From contig DXJG01000012.1 in assembly GCA_019056805.1 (NCBI GenBank), positions 1 through 32,000 of the forward strand: a stretch of 32,000 bases of DNA, read 5' to 3'. The stretch is from Candidatus Baldrarchaeota archaeon. GTDB taxonomy: Archaea; Asgardarchaeota; Baldrarchaeia; Baldrarchaeales; DXJG01. Below are positions 9,311-18,081 of the stretch, piece after piece (the stretch's first letter is position 1; the number at the start of each line of letters is the position of its first letter). The notes beneath the pieces were generated by a model. That model searched no databases and had not been told where the DNA came from. It saw only the letters and a program-made list of their open reading frames with translations. The position numbers were made by a program, and so were the translations under genes.

Positions 9311-10768
9311 CTATCTTTTTTCTGGGATGTCTTCCTTTTTGATTCCTGCGAGTTTTGCTGCTTGTTCTATGTATTGGTCCCATTTTGCTGTTGCACGAAT
9401 CATGAGTTTTGCTGCAGCTGGGGATCCTCCTCCGTGCATGCAGCCTGGTATTCCTGCGCCACAAGTTAACCATTGGATTAAGTATGCAATTCTTGCTCTT
9501 GCTTCTCCGGGTGCTGCTGCTGTAAGGTATTTTTCTAGTAGTTTTCCGTATTTTGTGTTTTTGAGGTCTTTCCATGAAGGCATGCAGCCTGTTTCTCCTA
9601 TTCCTCCGGCGATTTCTTCGCATAGAACCTTTGTTTCATAGGGTAGTGTTGCGACGTGTACTTTGTTTACATTTGCTAGTAGTGCGTTTGGTATCCATGC
9701 GCCAGATGGATGTTTTTCGCCTAAAGTTGCTGCTGCTATGCCCATTCCGTAGGTTGTTTCATTGTTAATGATCATTTTGATTAATTGTTCTCGAAACACT
9801 TTTTCTGATAAACCGTTGGCTCTCGCTATTAAGACTGCAGATCCTACCATTATGTCTCCTTGTCCTGCTACACATGATCCTATTAGAGCTCTATAGGCTG
9901 ATGTAAAGTATATTATTGCTTTAAGTGCGTATTTCCATTCTCCACACATGAAAACTCTTTCCTTCGGTATGAATACGTCTTCGAAAAGTATCCATGCCTG
10001 TGTTATTCCTGTTCCTGCTGCTGGTAATTCGTATCCATTGCCTTCTAGTTCTCTTGCATCATCTGGATGTCTTGCTTCTACAATTGTTATTCCCTCAGCA
10101 TCTCTAGGCACTACAAAGGACACTGCATAGTCTTTGTCTTCTTCCCTTAAGCTAGTTGTAGGCATTACAAAAATTTCATTTGCAGCAGCTACTCCTGCTA
10201 TCATTACTTTTGCTCCACGTACAACTATACCATCATCTCTCTCCTCTACTATGTGTAGATATAAGTCTGGGTCTTTTTGTTTTGATGGCGGTAAAGTTCT
10301 GTCTCCTTTTGGATCTGTTAAGGCGCCTGCAACCGTTATAGCGTTTTGCTGCGCGTATTCTAGCCATTTTTTGAGTCTTTTATGATAGTCTGTTCCTTCG
10401 TTCTTATCTATTTCGTAGGTAGCTGCCCACATAGATTGTAAACAATTCCAACCTACGCATAATGCTCCGGTGCATGTTCCTGTTAAATTATACATTAATC
10501 GTTTGAAATTACAGTTTTTTATTACATCTTCCGGTGTTTCCATGACTGTTAGCCATCGCATTACCTTTTCGCCCGTTAATTTAGATTCCACTGTTACTAA
10601 GTCTTGATATTTTGGGTCTTGTGCTGCTTCAAAAGCCTTTGCATGAGAGGTAACGCATCTTTTTGTCGCAGGGTGCGTAGTTACATCCTCAATTAGTTCA
10701 CCGAACTTGTAGATATTTGGACGCATTTTCCTTAAACTTTCCTTATACTGTTCAGGTGTTTTAATCAA
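9311..10768 (-). CDS. 4-hydroxybutyryl-CoA dehydratase / 4-hydroxyphenylacetate 3-hydroxylase (AbfD/HpaB) family flavoprotein, divergent
   Basis: IKTPEQYKESLR start, ALTDPKGDR, DGIVVRGAK, FEDVFIPKERVFMCGE and MHGGGSP motifs. Cys pattern TGTCTGALCVG and GSC. TTG start with GGGGGT RBS. Confidence 0.85.
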   Translation of the reverse strand: MIKTPEQYKESLRKMRPNIYKFGELIEDVTTHPATKRCVTSHAKAFEAAQDPKYQDLVTVESKLTGEKVMRWLTVMETPEDVIKNCNFKRLMYNLTGTCTGALCVGWNCLQSMWAATYEIDKNEGTDYHKRLKKWLEYAQQNAITVAGALTDPKGDRTLPPSKQKDPDLYLHIVEERDDGIVVRGAKVMIAGVAAANEIFVMPTTSLREEDKDYAVSFVVPRDAEGITIVEARHPDDARELEGNGYELPAAGTGITQAWILFEDVFIPKERVFMCGEWKYALKAIIYFTSAYRALIGSCVAGQGDIMVGSAVLIARANGLSEKVFREQLIKMIINNETTYGMGIAAATLGEKHPSGAWIPNALLANVNKVHVATLPYETKVLCEEIAGGIGETGCMPSWKDLKNTKYGKLLEKYLTAAAPGEARARIAYLIQWLTCGAGIPGCMHGGGSPAAAKLMIRATAKWDQYIEQAAKLAGIKKEDIPEKR

Positions 10769-11060
10769 AAGAAACCCCCATCCCTAAAACTGATTATGAT
10801 AAGTGTATTAAATTATAGCTTACAAATATATTAACCTCACCATATAGTCTCCCCATCAAACTGTTATCTACCTTAGATTATTTGGTTTTCAATTTTAGAT
10901 GATTAACAGAAAGGCTGGAAACGAAGAAGTGTTGGTTAAACTCCAACCTACAAATAGAAGAAAATGATCTATTGCTCAATGCTATGAAACATCGGAAAAT
11001 AACGACTGGACATATTGAACAGTAAAATTTAAATAAAAGGAAAAAGAAACCTTTAGTCTG

Positions 11061-11195
11061 TATATTTGTGGTATTATAACCTAGAGTAATGAAGAATGGG
11101 AAAAATATGTTGATAAAGTGGATATGAAATCCTAAATTGCGAAATTAAACAAACGAGACTCATTCTGAGCACTAGGTTATAATACCATAAATATA
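11061..11195. repeat. 24-bp near-perfect inverted repeat (23/24) enclosing an 87-bp core
   Basis: Left arm tatatttgtggtattataacctag (11061-11084). Right arm ctaggttataataccataaatata (11172-11195). Single mismatch at 11068/11188. Confidence 0.9.
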
Positions 11196-11226
11196 ACATT
11201 AAATAAACGGATAGGATAGAATTAAG

Positions 11227-14200
11227 ATGCGTAAAAAAGTTTTTTTAAAAGCTTTGATCTTATTATGCATTTTCATGGTAGTGACTATTAATTTGCCTAT
11301 CACATGGCAAGAATCAACAATAACCACAGCTACTTCTATAAAGAACCTGCCGGAAAAGCATACAACCAATAACTACATCCATCAAGGAAACAGTATTTCC
11401 CTAAAAACTAGTCAAATAAGTAACTTAGAATCTCTCACCATATACGATGAAATTTCTGGGAGAGACATTAGGGCATATGCTTTCGATTTACAGCAGTGCG
11501 ATGTAATACAAGCAAACTTTTCTGAAACACTAATAGAATTAAAATTCAAAGTAATAGATCCATTAGGAAACGAGTTGAGACACGCATATGTGGATTATAA
11601 CACAATAATATTCGTAGCATGGACAACTGGTAGATACGTGTTACAAGTATCAAACCCGGAACCAACAACAGCAATATTCAACGCAACAGTTTACAAATTA
11701 ACTGCAATAGAAACAACAACAGGAACAGTAAGCCAAACATTATCACCAGGGGAATACACGGGATACTATGTAAATTTCAACGGAACAAGCCAAGCATCAA
11801 CGTCACTAACGGGAACAGTAGGAACAGACTACAACCTATATATATTCGATTCAAACGGAAACCTACACGCATATAGTGAAAGAACAGAGTACCCAGACGA
11901 GGTAGACTTCGCCATACTATACCCAGAACTATACTACATCGTAGTGTACGCAAAAAGAAGCGGTGACGATGGAACCATGGGACTAAACATAATAGCAACA
12001 GACCCATACCTACTTGAAATCGGTACAACAGCAACAGAGCAAATAACAAACCCAACATCAACCATAATATATAAGATAACTACAACAAATGATTCAATAT
12101 ACAAGATAAATCTAACAACGCCGGACAGCTACATAAACAAGACAGTAATCGATGATGATCTGGAAGGCGATGTATCAGAATGGGAGATAGATGGAAACTG
12201 GACACTGATTGATTCGGATTACCATAGCGCAACATATTGTTGGAATGTTAATGAAACCGGGCAATCAATGCTAATTACACCAGTAATCGATTTAACAGCA
12301 GCAAAAAAGGGAACAGCAAAACTAGTATTTTGGCAGAAACAAGAAATATATGACGGTAGCTACTATGTGGATGTGTCCTCTGATGGTAAGGTAACTTGGA
12401 ACACGATCCTAACAATAAGTTATAACTCTTCTACGTGGGAGAAAAAGGAAATCGATATATCAAATTACATTGGGGAGCGAATACAATTACGATTCAGATA
12501 TAATGGAAGTTCATCAACCAGTTACTGGAAAATAGATGATATATGTGCAATAATGACCTATGGAACAACAATAATGAAAATATATAATGCTACACTAGCA
12601 TTAAAGTACACAGTAGATAACGAATATTCTAGCGCCTCACTTACGAGTTATATAAAACGCTTCGTATCACCAGCAAATGAAACATATTACTTGTTATTTT
12701 CAGTAACAAATGCAACAAGCTACACATTAACAGTAACGATTCCTGTGGAAGTAGAAATAAGAGAAAAAGGATTCTACTGGTGCGATTATGGCTATTGGAA
12801 GTGGTTTGCACTAAAAATGCCTAAGGAAACCACAACAAAGATATACAAGAAGCATTATACTAAAATTTATATTTACGACGAAGATCTGAATCTTCTTGTA
12901 ACCGCAGGATACGGAGAAATGGATATTAATAATATCACAGTACATAAAGATACGTACATATTACTAAAATTATATAGCCCAAGTTCTGATTATATCCGGG
13001 TTTTCACACCTTCAGAAGTTTCTTTCGTATCTCCTGGTACCTACGCACGTACAATTACTATAGAGGGTGCTGATTACGGTTTTTACATGAATGCGAGTGT
13101 TGGGGAACAAATTAGGTTAACTTTAACGGGTCCTGCTGGAACAGATGCTAATATATATGTATACTATGAAGGGGAGATATTAGCTAGAACTAAATCTACG
13201 TCGTATCCGGACAGAGTTATTTTCGCTGCTGTTCGATCTGGATTATATTTTGTTAAAGTTCGTAGCATATTGGGGAATGGTTCATTTACGGTTACGTATG
13301 CTAAGGAAGCAGTACCAGTTTTATTAGAACCTGAGACATCGCTTTCGGAGGAACTAGCGGGCTATGTTGGGTTTGCTGGATATAAGTTTCCATCTGATGG
13401 ATATCATTTTGTTCATCTTACTTTGAATTCCACAACAACATCCGATCTTATCATTAATGTGTATGATCCATATGGTTCACACCTATTAGTGCATAGATCG
13501 TTGGCTAATTATCCAGCTGAAGTATCGTTTAATACTGTTATGGACGGAGATTACATTATATTAATATCGTCGAAAACTGGTTATTTAGCAAACTATACAC
13601 TAATCTTCGAGGGAACAAGTAACTATGAGGTTTTTCCGGGAGCATATTCTGGATCTATAGGGTCTAGTTCTAGTACGTCTTCTTTAAGGGCTTATGCTTT
13701 TCATGCACCTTTAGGAGCAATAATATCAGCAAAAATGGACGAAGATTCGGGAGCAGTTATATGGATTGAGGGGCTTGATCAGAGGGGTTTAGTAAAGGCA
13801 TGCAATAGGACAAATATTTACGTTGGGACGAGAACAATAAAATATGCATCTCCTATGAATGGAACCGCATTTATAGGACTAATAAATAAAGGTTTAAGCG
13901 GCTCCTATAACATAACAATAGGAGTTCAACTTGTTGTTTTAGTATTCGGTGAAAATTACGACTTTAGAAAGCCTATTATATCTGATATATCGTATATTCC
14001 CAAAATTCCTCTGCCTACCGACGAAGTAACCGTTAAAGCAGCTGTTGCCAGTTTATTAAACATTACAGTTTCTGTGCAATTACACTGGACGATAGATGAT
14101 ACAACTTGGTATATTCAAGAGATGGCACAGATTCAGGGGGGAGCTTATTACGAAACGAGTATTCCTCCTCAACCACTTTTCACTCAAGTAAAGTTTAAAA

Positions 14201-14904
14201 TTGTTGCAGAAGAAGCTGACGGTGATAAACAAGAAACAAAAATATATAGTTATACTGTGACAGAAACTGAGCCTCCCACAGTACAGATAATAAGTCCAGA
14301 AGACGGGTTATATGTAAACACCACGTTAATTAGTGTTGCTTGGTCTGCGTCGGATGAAATATCAGGGTTAGATAAGATAGAAATCTATGTGGATGGATCA
14401 CTAAACGCTACGTTTCAACCAGATCAGACATCGTATCTGTTAACCTTAGCAGAGGGAAGGCATGAAATTAAAGTTAAAGCGTATGATAAGGCGGGAAACG
14501 TAGCTGAGGATGTGGTCACGGTAACGGTAGACTTAACAGCCCCAACTATACAGATCACGAATCCAGAAGATGGAGCTACGCTATCTGGTGAGAGTGTTGT
14601 CGTTTCTTGGAGTGCTAGCGATAATTTTGGTATCAGAGAATTTCAAATTTATGCTGATGACTCATTAATTGCTACCTTAGATGGCAGCGCTAGTTCTATT
14701 ACTTTAGCTTTTGGTACAGGCTCTCATACTATTCGTGTTGTCGCTATTGACCATGCAGGTAACTCCGCATACGATGAAATAACCATTACAGTACCCTCCA
14801 CTGCTCCTAGTACAGGAGGACTCAAAACTATTCATATCATTGGTGCAGCAGTAGTTACAGTCGCTGTTATCGGTGCAATATTTTACTTCAGAGAGCGACA
14901 TTAG
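11227..14904 (+). CDS. Secreted membrane-anchored surface protein: about 7 PPC-like beta-sandwich repeats, an inserted MAM/cleaved-adhesin-like jelly roll, and three Ig-like domains
   Basis: 1225 aa with a signal peptide. Repeated LTG..GTD.N.Y.Y...G......YP..V.F.....G.Y...V motifs. DDLEG..W...W...LITPVIDL...L.FW...WNTI...IDIS.Y.G..IQLRFRY...W.IDDI module. Two PTVQI.SPEDG...V.W.ASD...G Ig repeats. C-terminal TM plus FRERH. Confidence 0.85.
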   Translation: MRKKVFLKALILLCIFMVVTINLPITWQESTITTATSIKNLPEKHTTNNYIHQGNSISLKTSQISNLESLTIYDEISGRDIRAYAFDLQQCDVIQANFSETLIELKFKVIDPLGNELRHAYVDYNTIIFVAWTTGRYVLQVSNPEPTTAIFNATVYKLTAIETTTGTVSQTLSPGEYTGYYVNFNGTSQASTSLTGTVGTDYNLYIFDSNGNLHAYSERTEYPDEVDFAILYPELYYIVVYAKRSGDDGTMGLNIIATDPYLLEIGTTATEQITNPTSTIIYKITTTNDSIYKINLTTPDSYINKTVIDDDLEGDVSEWEIDGNWTLIDSDYHSATYCWNVNETGQSMLITPVIDLTAAKKGTAKLVFWQKQEIYDGSYYVDVSSDGKVTWNTILTISYNSSTWEKKEIDISNYIGERIQLRFRYNGSSSTSYWKIDDICAIMTYGTTIMKIYNATLALKYTVDNEYSSASLTSYIKRFVSPANETYYLLFSVTNATSYTLTVTIPVEVEIREKGFYWCDYGYWKWFALKMPKETTTKIYKKHYTKIYIYDEDLNLLVTAGYGEMDINNITVHKDTYILLKLYSPSSDYIRVFTPSEVSFVSPGTYARTITIEGADYGFYMNASVGEQIRLTLTGPAGTDANIYVYYEGEILARTKSTSYPDRVIFAAVRSGLYFVKVRSILGNGSFTVTYAKEAVPVLLEPETSLSEELAGYVGFAGYKFPSDGYHFVHLTLNSTTTSDLIINVYDPYGSHLLVHRSLANYPAEVSFNTVMDGDYIILISSKTGYLANYTLIFEGTSNYEVFPGAYSGSIGSSSSTSSLRAYAFHAPLGAIISAKMDEDSGAVIWIEGLDQRGLVKACNRTNIYVGTRTIKYASPMNGTAFIGLINKGLSGSYNITIGVQLVVLVFGENYDFRKPIISDISYIPKIPLPTDEVTVKAAVASLLNITVSVQLHWTIDDTTWYIQEMAQIQGGAYYETSIPPQPLFTQVKFKIVAEEADGDKQETKIYSYTVTETEPPTVQIISPEDGLYVNTTLISVAWSASDEISGLDKIEIYVDGSLNATFQPDQTSYLLTLAEGRHEIKVKAYDKAGNVAEDVVTVTVDLTAPTIQITNPEDGATLSGESVVVSWSASDNFGIREFQIYADDSLIATLDGSASSITLAFGTGSHTIRVVAIDHAGNSAYDEITITVPSTAPSTGGLKTIHIIGAAVVTVAVIGAIFYFRERH

Positions 14905-14925
14905 ATCACCCTATATATTCTCCCC

Positions 14926-14935
14926 TTTTTCTTTT
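14926..14935 (+). terminator. Oligo-T tract, candidate archaeal terminator
   Basis: tttttctttt about 20 nt downstream of the stop codon at 14904. Confidence 0.35.
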
Positions 14936-15266
14936 ATCTCGCTCTTATTCACTTTTTATGTGGAGGATACCAGGAACTATAACAGCATCACAATTATATG
15001 TAAAGGAATATTCAGCTTCTTATAACTCTTCAAGTTCCTTGATAGCGAAAGAGACATTAGATATCGTTGAGGTCGAGATTGAGGCGATGGAGCTTTTAAT
15101 GATTTTTCGGAGGATTTTACAGTGAAGTCTAAGTGCAGAGAAAATTACGAAGAAATTGAACTATTTACGTCATTCAGCTATGATGAAAGGGGTGATACAA
15201 GTGGAAAATGAAAAATATTTTAAATATGTTCTAACGATAAATGTGGTTTTAAGGAGTTGAATTAAA

Positions 15267-15770
15267 ATGTCATCTTCATTTAGAAGGTTGGTCAGCTTTT
15301 ATATATTCATCGGCGTCATCCTTTTTGTCATTGTTTTAACAGTAATGTCGCTTCCACATGGGGCTTTCGAGGCAACTATATTTGTTACAATCATATGGCT
15401 GTTTCTAACCATGCTTCATTTCTCAAACAAAGGATCAAACAGAACTCTCGGAGTTATCGATACGATCCTAGGTTCTTTTCTCCTGATTGAGATCCTAGCA
15501 CATCTATCTGAATATGCAATGGGACCACTTATTATTCAAATGGCAGTTATAGTTTTTACTGTTTATTCAGCAGGCCTCATGTCGCTAGGAGTAATTCTCA
15601 TAATGAAGAAGCCTGCTCGCGAACCCGTAACTAAACCAACTGTGCCTCATGTTTCTGCACCAGCAGTGCCAACAGAGAGGAGAATTATAGTTAGATGTCC
15701 CTCCTGTGGCAGGGAGGTTCACAGCACCTATGTATTCTGTCCGAACTGTGGAGCCCAAATCCAAGAATAG
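15267..15770 (+). CDS. Membrane protein (about 4 TM helices) with a C-terminal zinc ribbon
   Basis: 167 aa. Four hydrophobic segments, a Pro-rich linker, then CPSCG...CPNCG. AAGGAG RBS upstream. Confidence 0.85.
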   Translation: MSSSFRRLVSFYIFIGVILFVIVLTVMSLPHGAFEATIFVTIIWLFLTMLHFSNKGSNRTLGVIDTILGSFLLIEILAHLSEYAMGPLIIQMAVIVFTVYSAGLMSLGVILIMKKPAREPVTKPTVPHVSAPAVPTERRIIVRCPSCGREVHSTYVFCPNCGAQIQE

Positions 15771-15795
15771 CTAAACAAGAATTTAGAAGAAGATA

Positions 15796-16083
15796 ATGGT
15801 AGAAAAGTTGGAAAAAGCATATATTAGCTTTATGGAGAATCTTCTAGAGTTTTGAAAGACGCTGCTGGAATTCCCTAAGACATTGTTTAAAAGAGTGGCA
15901 GAAGATCTTAACAGGCGCTTTGAAATTTTCCAGAGATATATGGGTCTAGTCGAGGGTATCGTGATAGGAAACAAAAATATTGCTATCTGTTTCCAAGCTA
16001 CTGCGATTGCATAACAGGAAGTGGACTTATAGAACATGCTTAAGTTAGTACAGGAAGATATTCTGATAAAACCAAGGTTATGA
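15796..16083 (+). pseudogene. Probable decayed gene of unknown family
   Basis: Single frame from ATG 15796: MVEKLEKAYISFMENLLEF*KTLLEFPKTLFKRVAEDLNRRFEIFQRYMGLVEGIVIGNKNIAICFQATAIA*QEVDL*NMLKLVQEDILIKPRL*. Internal stops at 15853, 16012 and 16030. The 112-aa minus-strand ORF is its exact antisense frame. Confidence 0.45.
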
Positions 16084-16282
16084 CCTATCACACATTTTTC
16101 TTTTACCTTATTTTTAGTCATTTTTCTTGTAACGAAGTATTTTATTGAGAATATGATGAAATGACAAGAGTTTTAAAATAAACATGTAATTTGGACAGAA
16201 GATTATTAGTAGATTTTTATGCTATTTTAATTATGGGGATCGTAGTATATCTTTGATTGATGAACTTGAGCTTGTTAACTAA

Positions 16283-17095
16283 TTGGTGATGATTGGGGTG
16301 GAGAATCTTAAAGAAACTATTGAAAAATTTCTTGAAAATAGGACTCGTTACCTGCTTTCAATAGTATTTGGGGCTTCGGCAATTGTTTTGCTGATAATCA
16401 CGTGTATAAAATTTACTTTGATTATACCTCTACATTTCACCCCAGAAATGATGACTGAAATACTGTGGATTGTAAGAATGTTAGCTGGATTGTTAATGCT
16501 GGTTTCTGTGACTTTAATTGTGCTGTTGCGTTCAAATAGCCCTGTACCAATGACCGGGGAAATGGGTCTTGCTTCATCTATGCTTTTCATGATACCTGTC
16601 GCGTTTAGTTTTTCCATTGGTTTTTCTTTTGCTCTGTTTCTTCCTTCGATTTTTATTGAAAAATTGTATAGCTCACTTTCCTTCGTGCTTTTTCCAGTTA
16701 CGGTGCTAGTTACTATTTGCACGGTTTTCATAATATATCATGTTAGTAATAGATTTGGAGGAAAGCTGGGGAGTTTCGTTAGCGGCTTTCTACCTCCCCT
16801 CTATGTTTTTTGTCTGGTTAACCCGTTGCCTTACGTTTTGATAGTTCTTCAATTCGCTATAGTGTTCAAAGCATATAGTGATTTACGTAAGGGATGGATG
16901 CAGTTTTTAGATTCCTTTTTCACTGAGAAAAACGTTCTTACATATTCAACTTTACGTGAAATTCTTGGCGAAGAATTCTTTAACAAATCCGATAATGTTT
17001 CAAAGCTGATCAGCTATTTATCTGAGCTGAGACTAAGAGTGGAAGTTGAAGATGCTGTAAAAGGTGAAGTTAAAAACCAAGCATCCCGAATGTAA
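16283..17095 (+). CDS. Polytopic membrane protein of unknown function with a soluble C-terminal domain
   Basis: 270 aa. About 5-6 hydrophobic segments followed by a charged tail of about 70 aa. The exact start (16283 or 16289) is uncertain. Confidence 0.75.
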   Translation: MVMIGVENLKETIEKFLENRTRYLLSIVFGASAIVLLIITCIKFTLIIPLHFTPEMMTEILWIVRMLAGLLMLVSVTLIVLLRSNSPVPMTGEMGLASSMLFMIPVAFSFSIGFSFALFLPSIFIEKLYSSLSFVLFPVTVLVTICTVFIIYHVSNRFGGKLGSFVSGFLPPLYVFCLVNPLPYVLIVLQFAIVFKAYSDLRKGWMQFLDSFFTEKNVLTYSTLREILGEEFFNKSDNVSKLISYLSELRLRVEVEDAVKGEVKNQASRM

Positions 17096-17140
17096 CAAAG
17101 TACAAACGTTATTATAGATTGAAAAACATTGTAATTTGAG

Positions 17141-18025
17141 GTGCTTAGGTTGGTTAAAGTTGAAGAATTAGGAAATGGAGCATACAGAATTCCTGGAAGA
17201 ACTATTGTTGGTTTAATTTGTATAGATAAAGAATGTTATGTGATTGATACGGGTTTAGATGATGATCAAGGGCGCCGAGCATTAAATGTGGTGAAATCTT
17301 TAAATTGTAAGTTAAAGGCTGTTTTAAATACTCATTCTCATGCTGACCATATAGGAGGGAACAATTTTATAGAAAAACGTAGTGGTGTAGATATTTTTGG
17401 GCCTTTGGAGGAGATTCCATATATTAGAAATCCTAAGTTGGAGCCTGTTATGCTTTACGGTGGAAGCCCTGTTCCGGAACTGCTTTCAAAATTTTTCATG
17501 GCTAAACCTAGTAATGCGAAGCCGATAGAGAATGTAAAGTTACCGGTGAAGTTAGTTGATCTTCGTGGTCATTCACCTGGAATGATTGGAATTCAAACTG
17601 ATCAAGTGTTTTTTGTTGCAGATGCTTACACGGGTATCAATATTTTGAGTAAACATGTTATACCGTATGCTTATGATACTGAATCGGCACTAAAAACTTT
17701 AGAGTTCATATTAGATACTAAAGGTCTGCTTTACGTACCTTTTCACGGTGAGCCGAGTGAAGAGCCTGAGGAGGAGATAGAGGCTAATATATCAGCTATT
17801 AAAAGAACAAAAGAAACATTGCTTAAAGCTTTGAAGGATGATTTAAGTACGTGTCAAGTTATTTCAAGGGTTCTATCTCAACTAAATGTTAAGATAAGAG
17901 ACGCAGCTCTCTATTTTCTTTATGAATCGTTGTTAAAGGGGTATTTGTCTTGGCTTAAACGAGATGGACTGATCACCTTTAAAATTGAATTTAATAAAAT
18001 AATTTGGACGTTGATTAAGGCTTAA
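17141..18025 (+). CDS. MBL-fold metallo-hydrolase
   Basis: IDTG, THSHADHIGG (HxHxDH), GHSPG, VAD and PFHG metal-binding motifs. The start may be TTG 17150, using GAGGTG as RBS. Confidence 0.9.
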   Translation: MLRLVKVEELGNGAYRIPGRTIVGLICIDKECYVIDTGLDDDQGRRALNVVKSLNCKLKAVLNTHSHADHIGGNNFIEKRSGVDIFGPLEEIPYIRNPKLEPVMLYGGSPVPELLSKFFMAKPSNAKPIENVKLPVKLVDLRGHSPGMIGIQTDQVFFVADAYTGINILSKHVIPYAYDTESALKTLEFILDTKGLLYVPFHGEPSEEPEEEIEANISAIKRTKETLLKALKDDLSTCQVISRVLSQLNVKIRDAALYFLYESLLKGYLSWLKRDGLITFKIEFNKIIWTLIKA

Positions 18026-18081
18026 ACTGAAATTAAAAAGTATTAGCTGTGTTATGGTGTTAAGTTTCTGGGGAATCATTG

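Noticed and set aside
9311-10768. Calling this gene abfD as a marker of the 3-hydroxypropionate/4-hydroxybutyrate or dicarboxylate carbon-fixation cycle
   Set aside because: The catalytic residues appear substituted and no other cycle genes are in the window.
14905-15266. Protein-like fragment (LSAEKITKKLNYLRHSAMMKGVIQVENEKY) vaguely resembling a winged HTH
   Set aside because: It has no in-frame start, is too short, and the resemblance is too weak to assign without a profile search.
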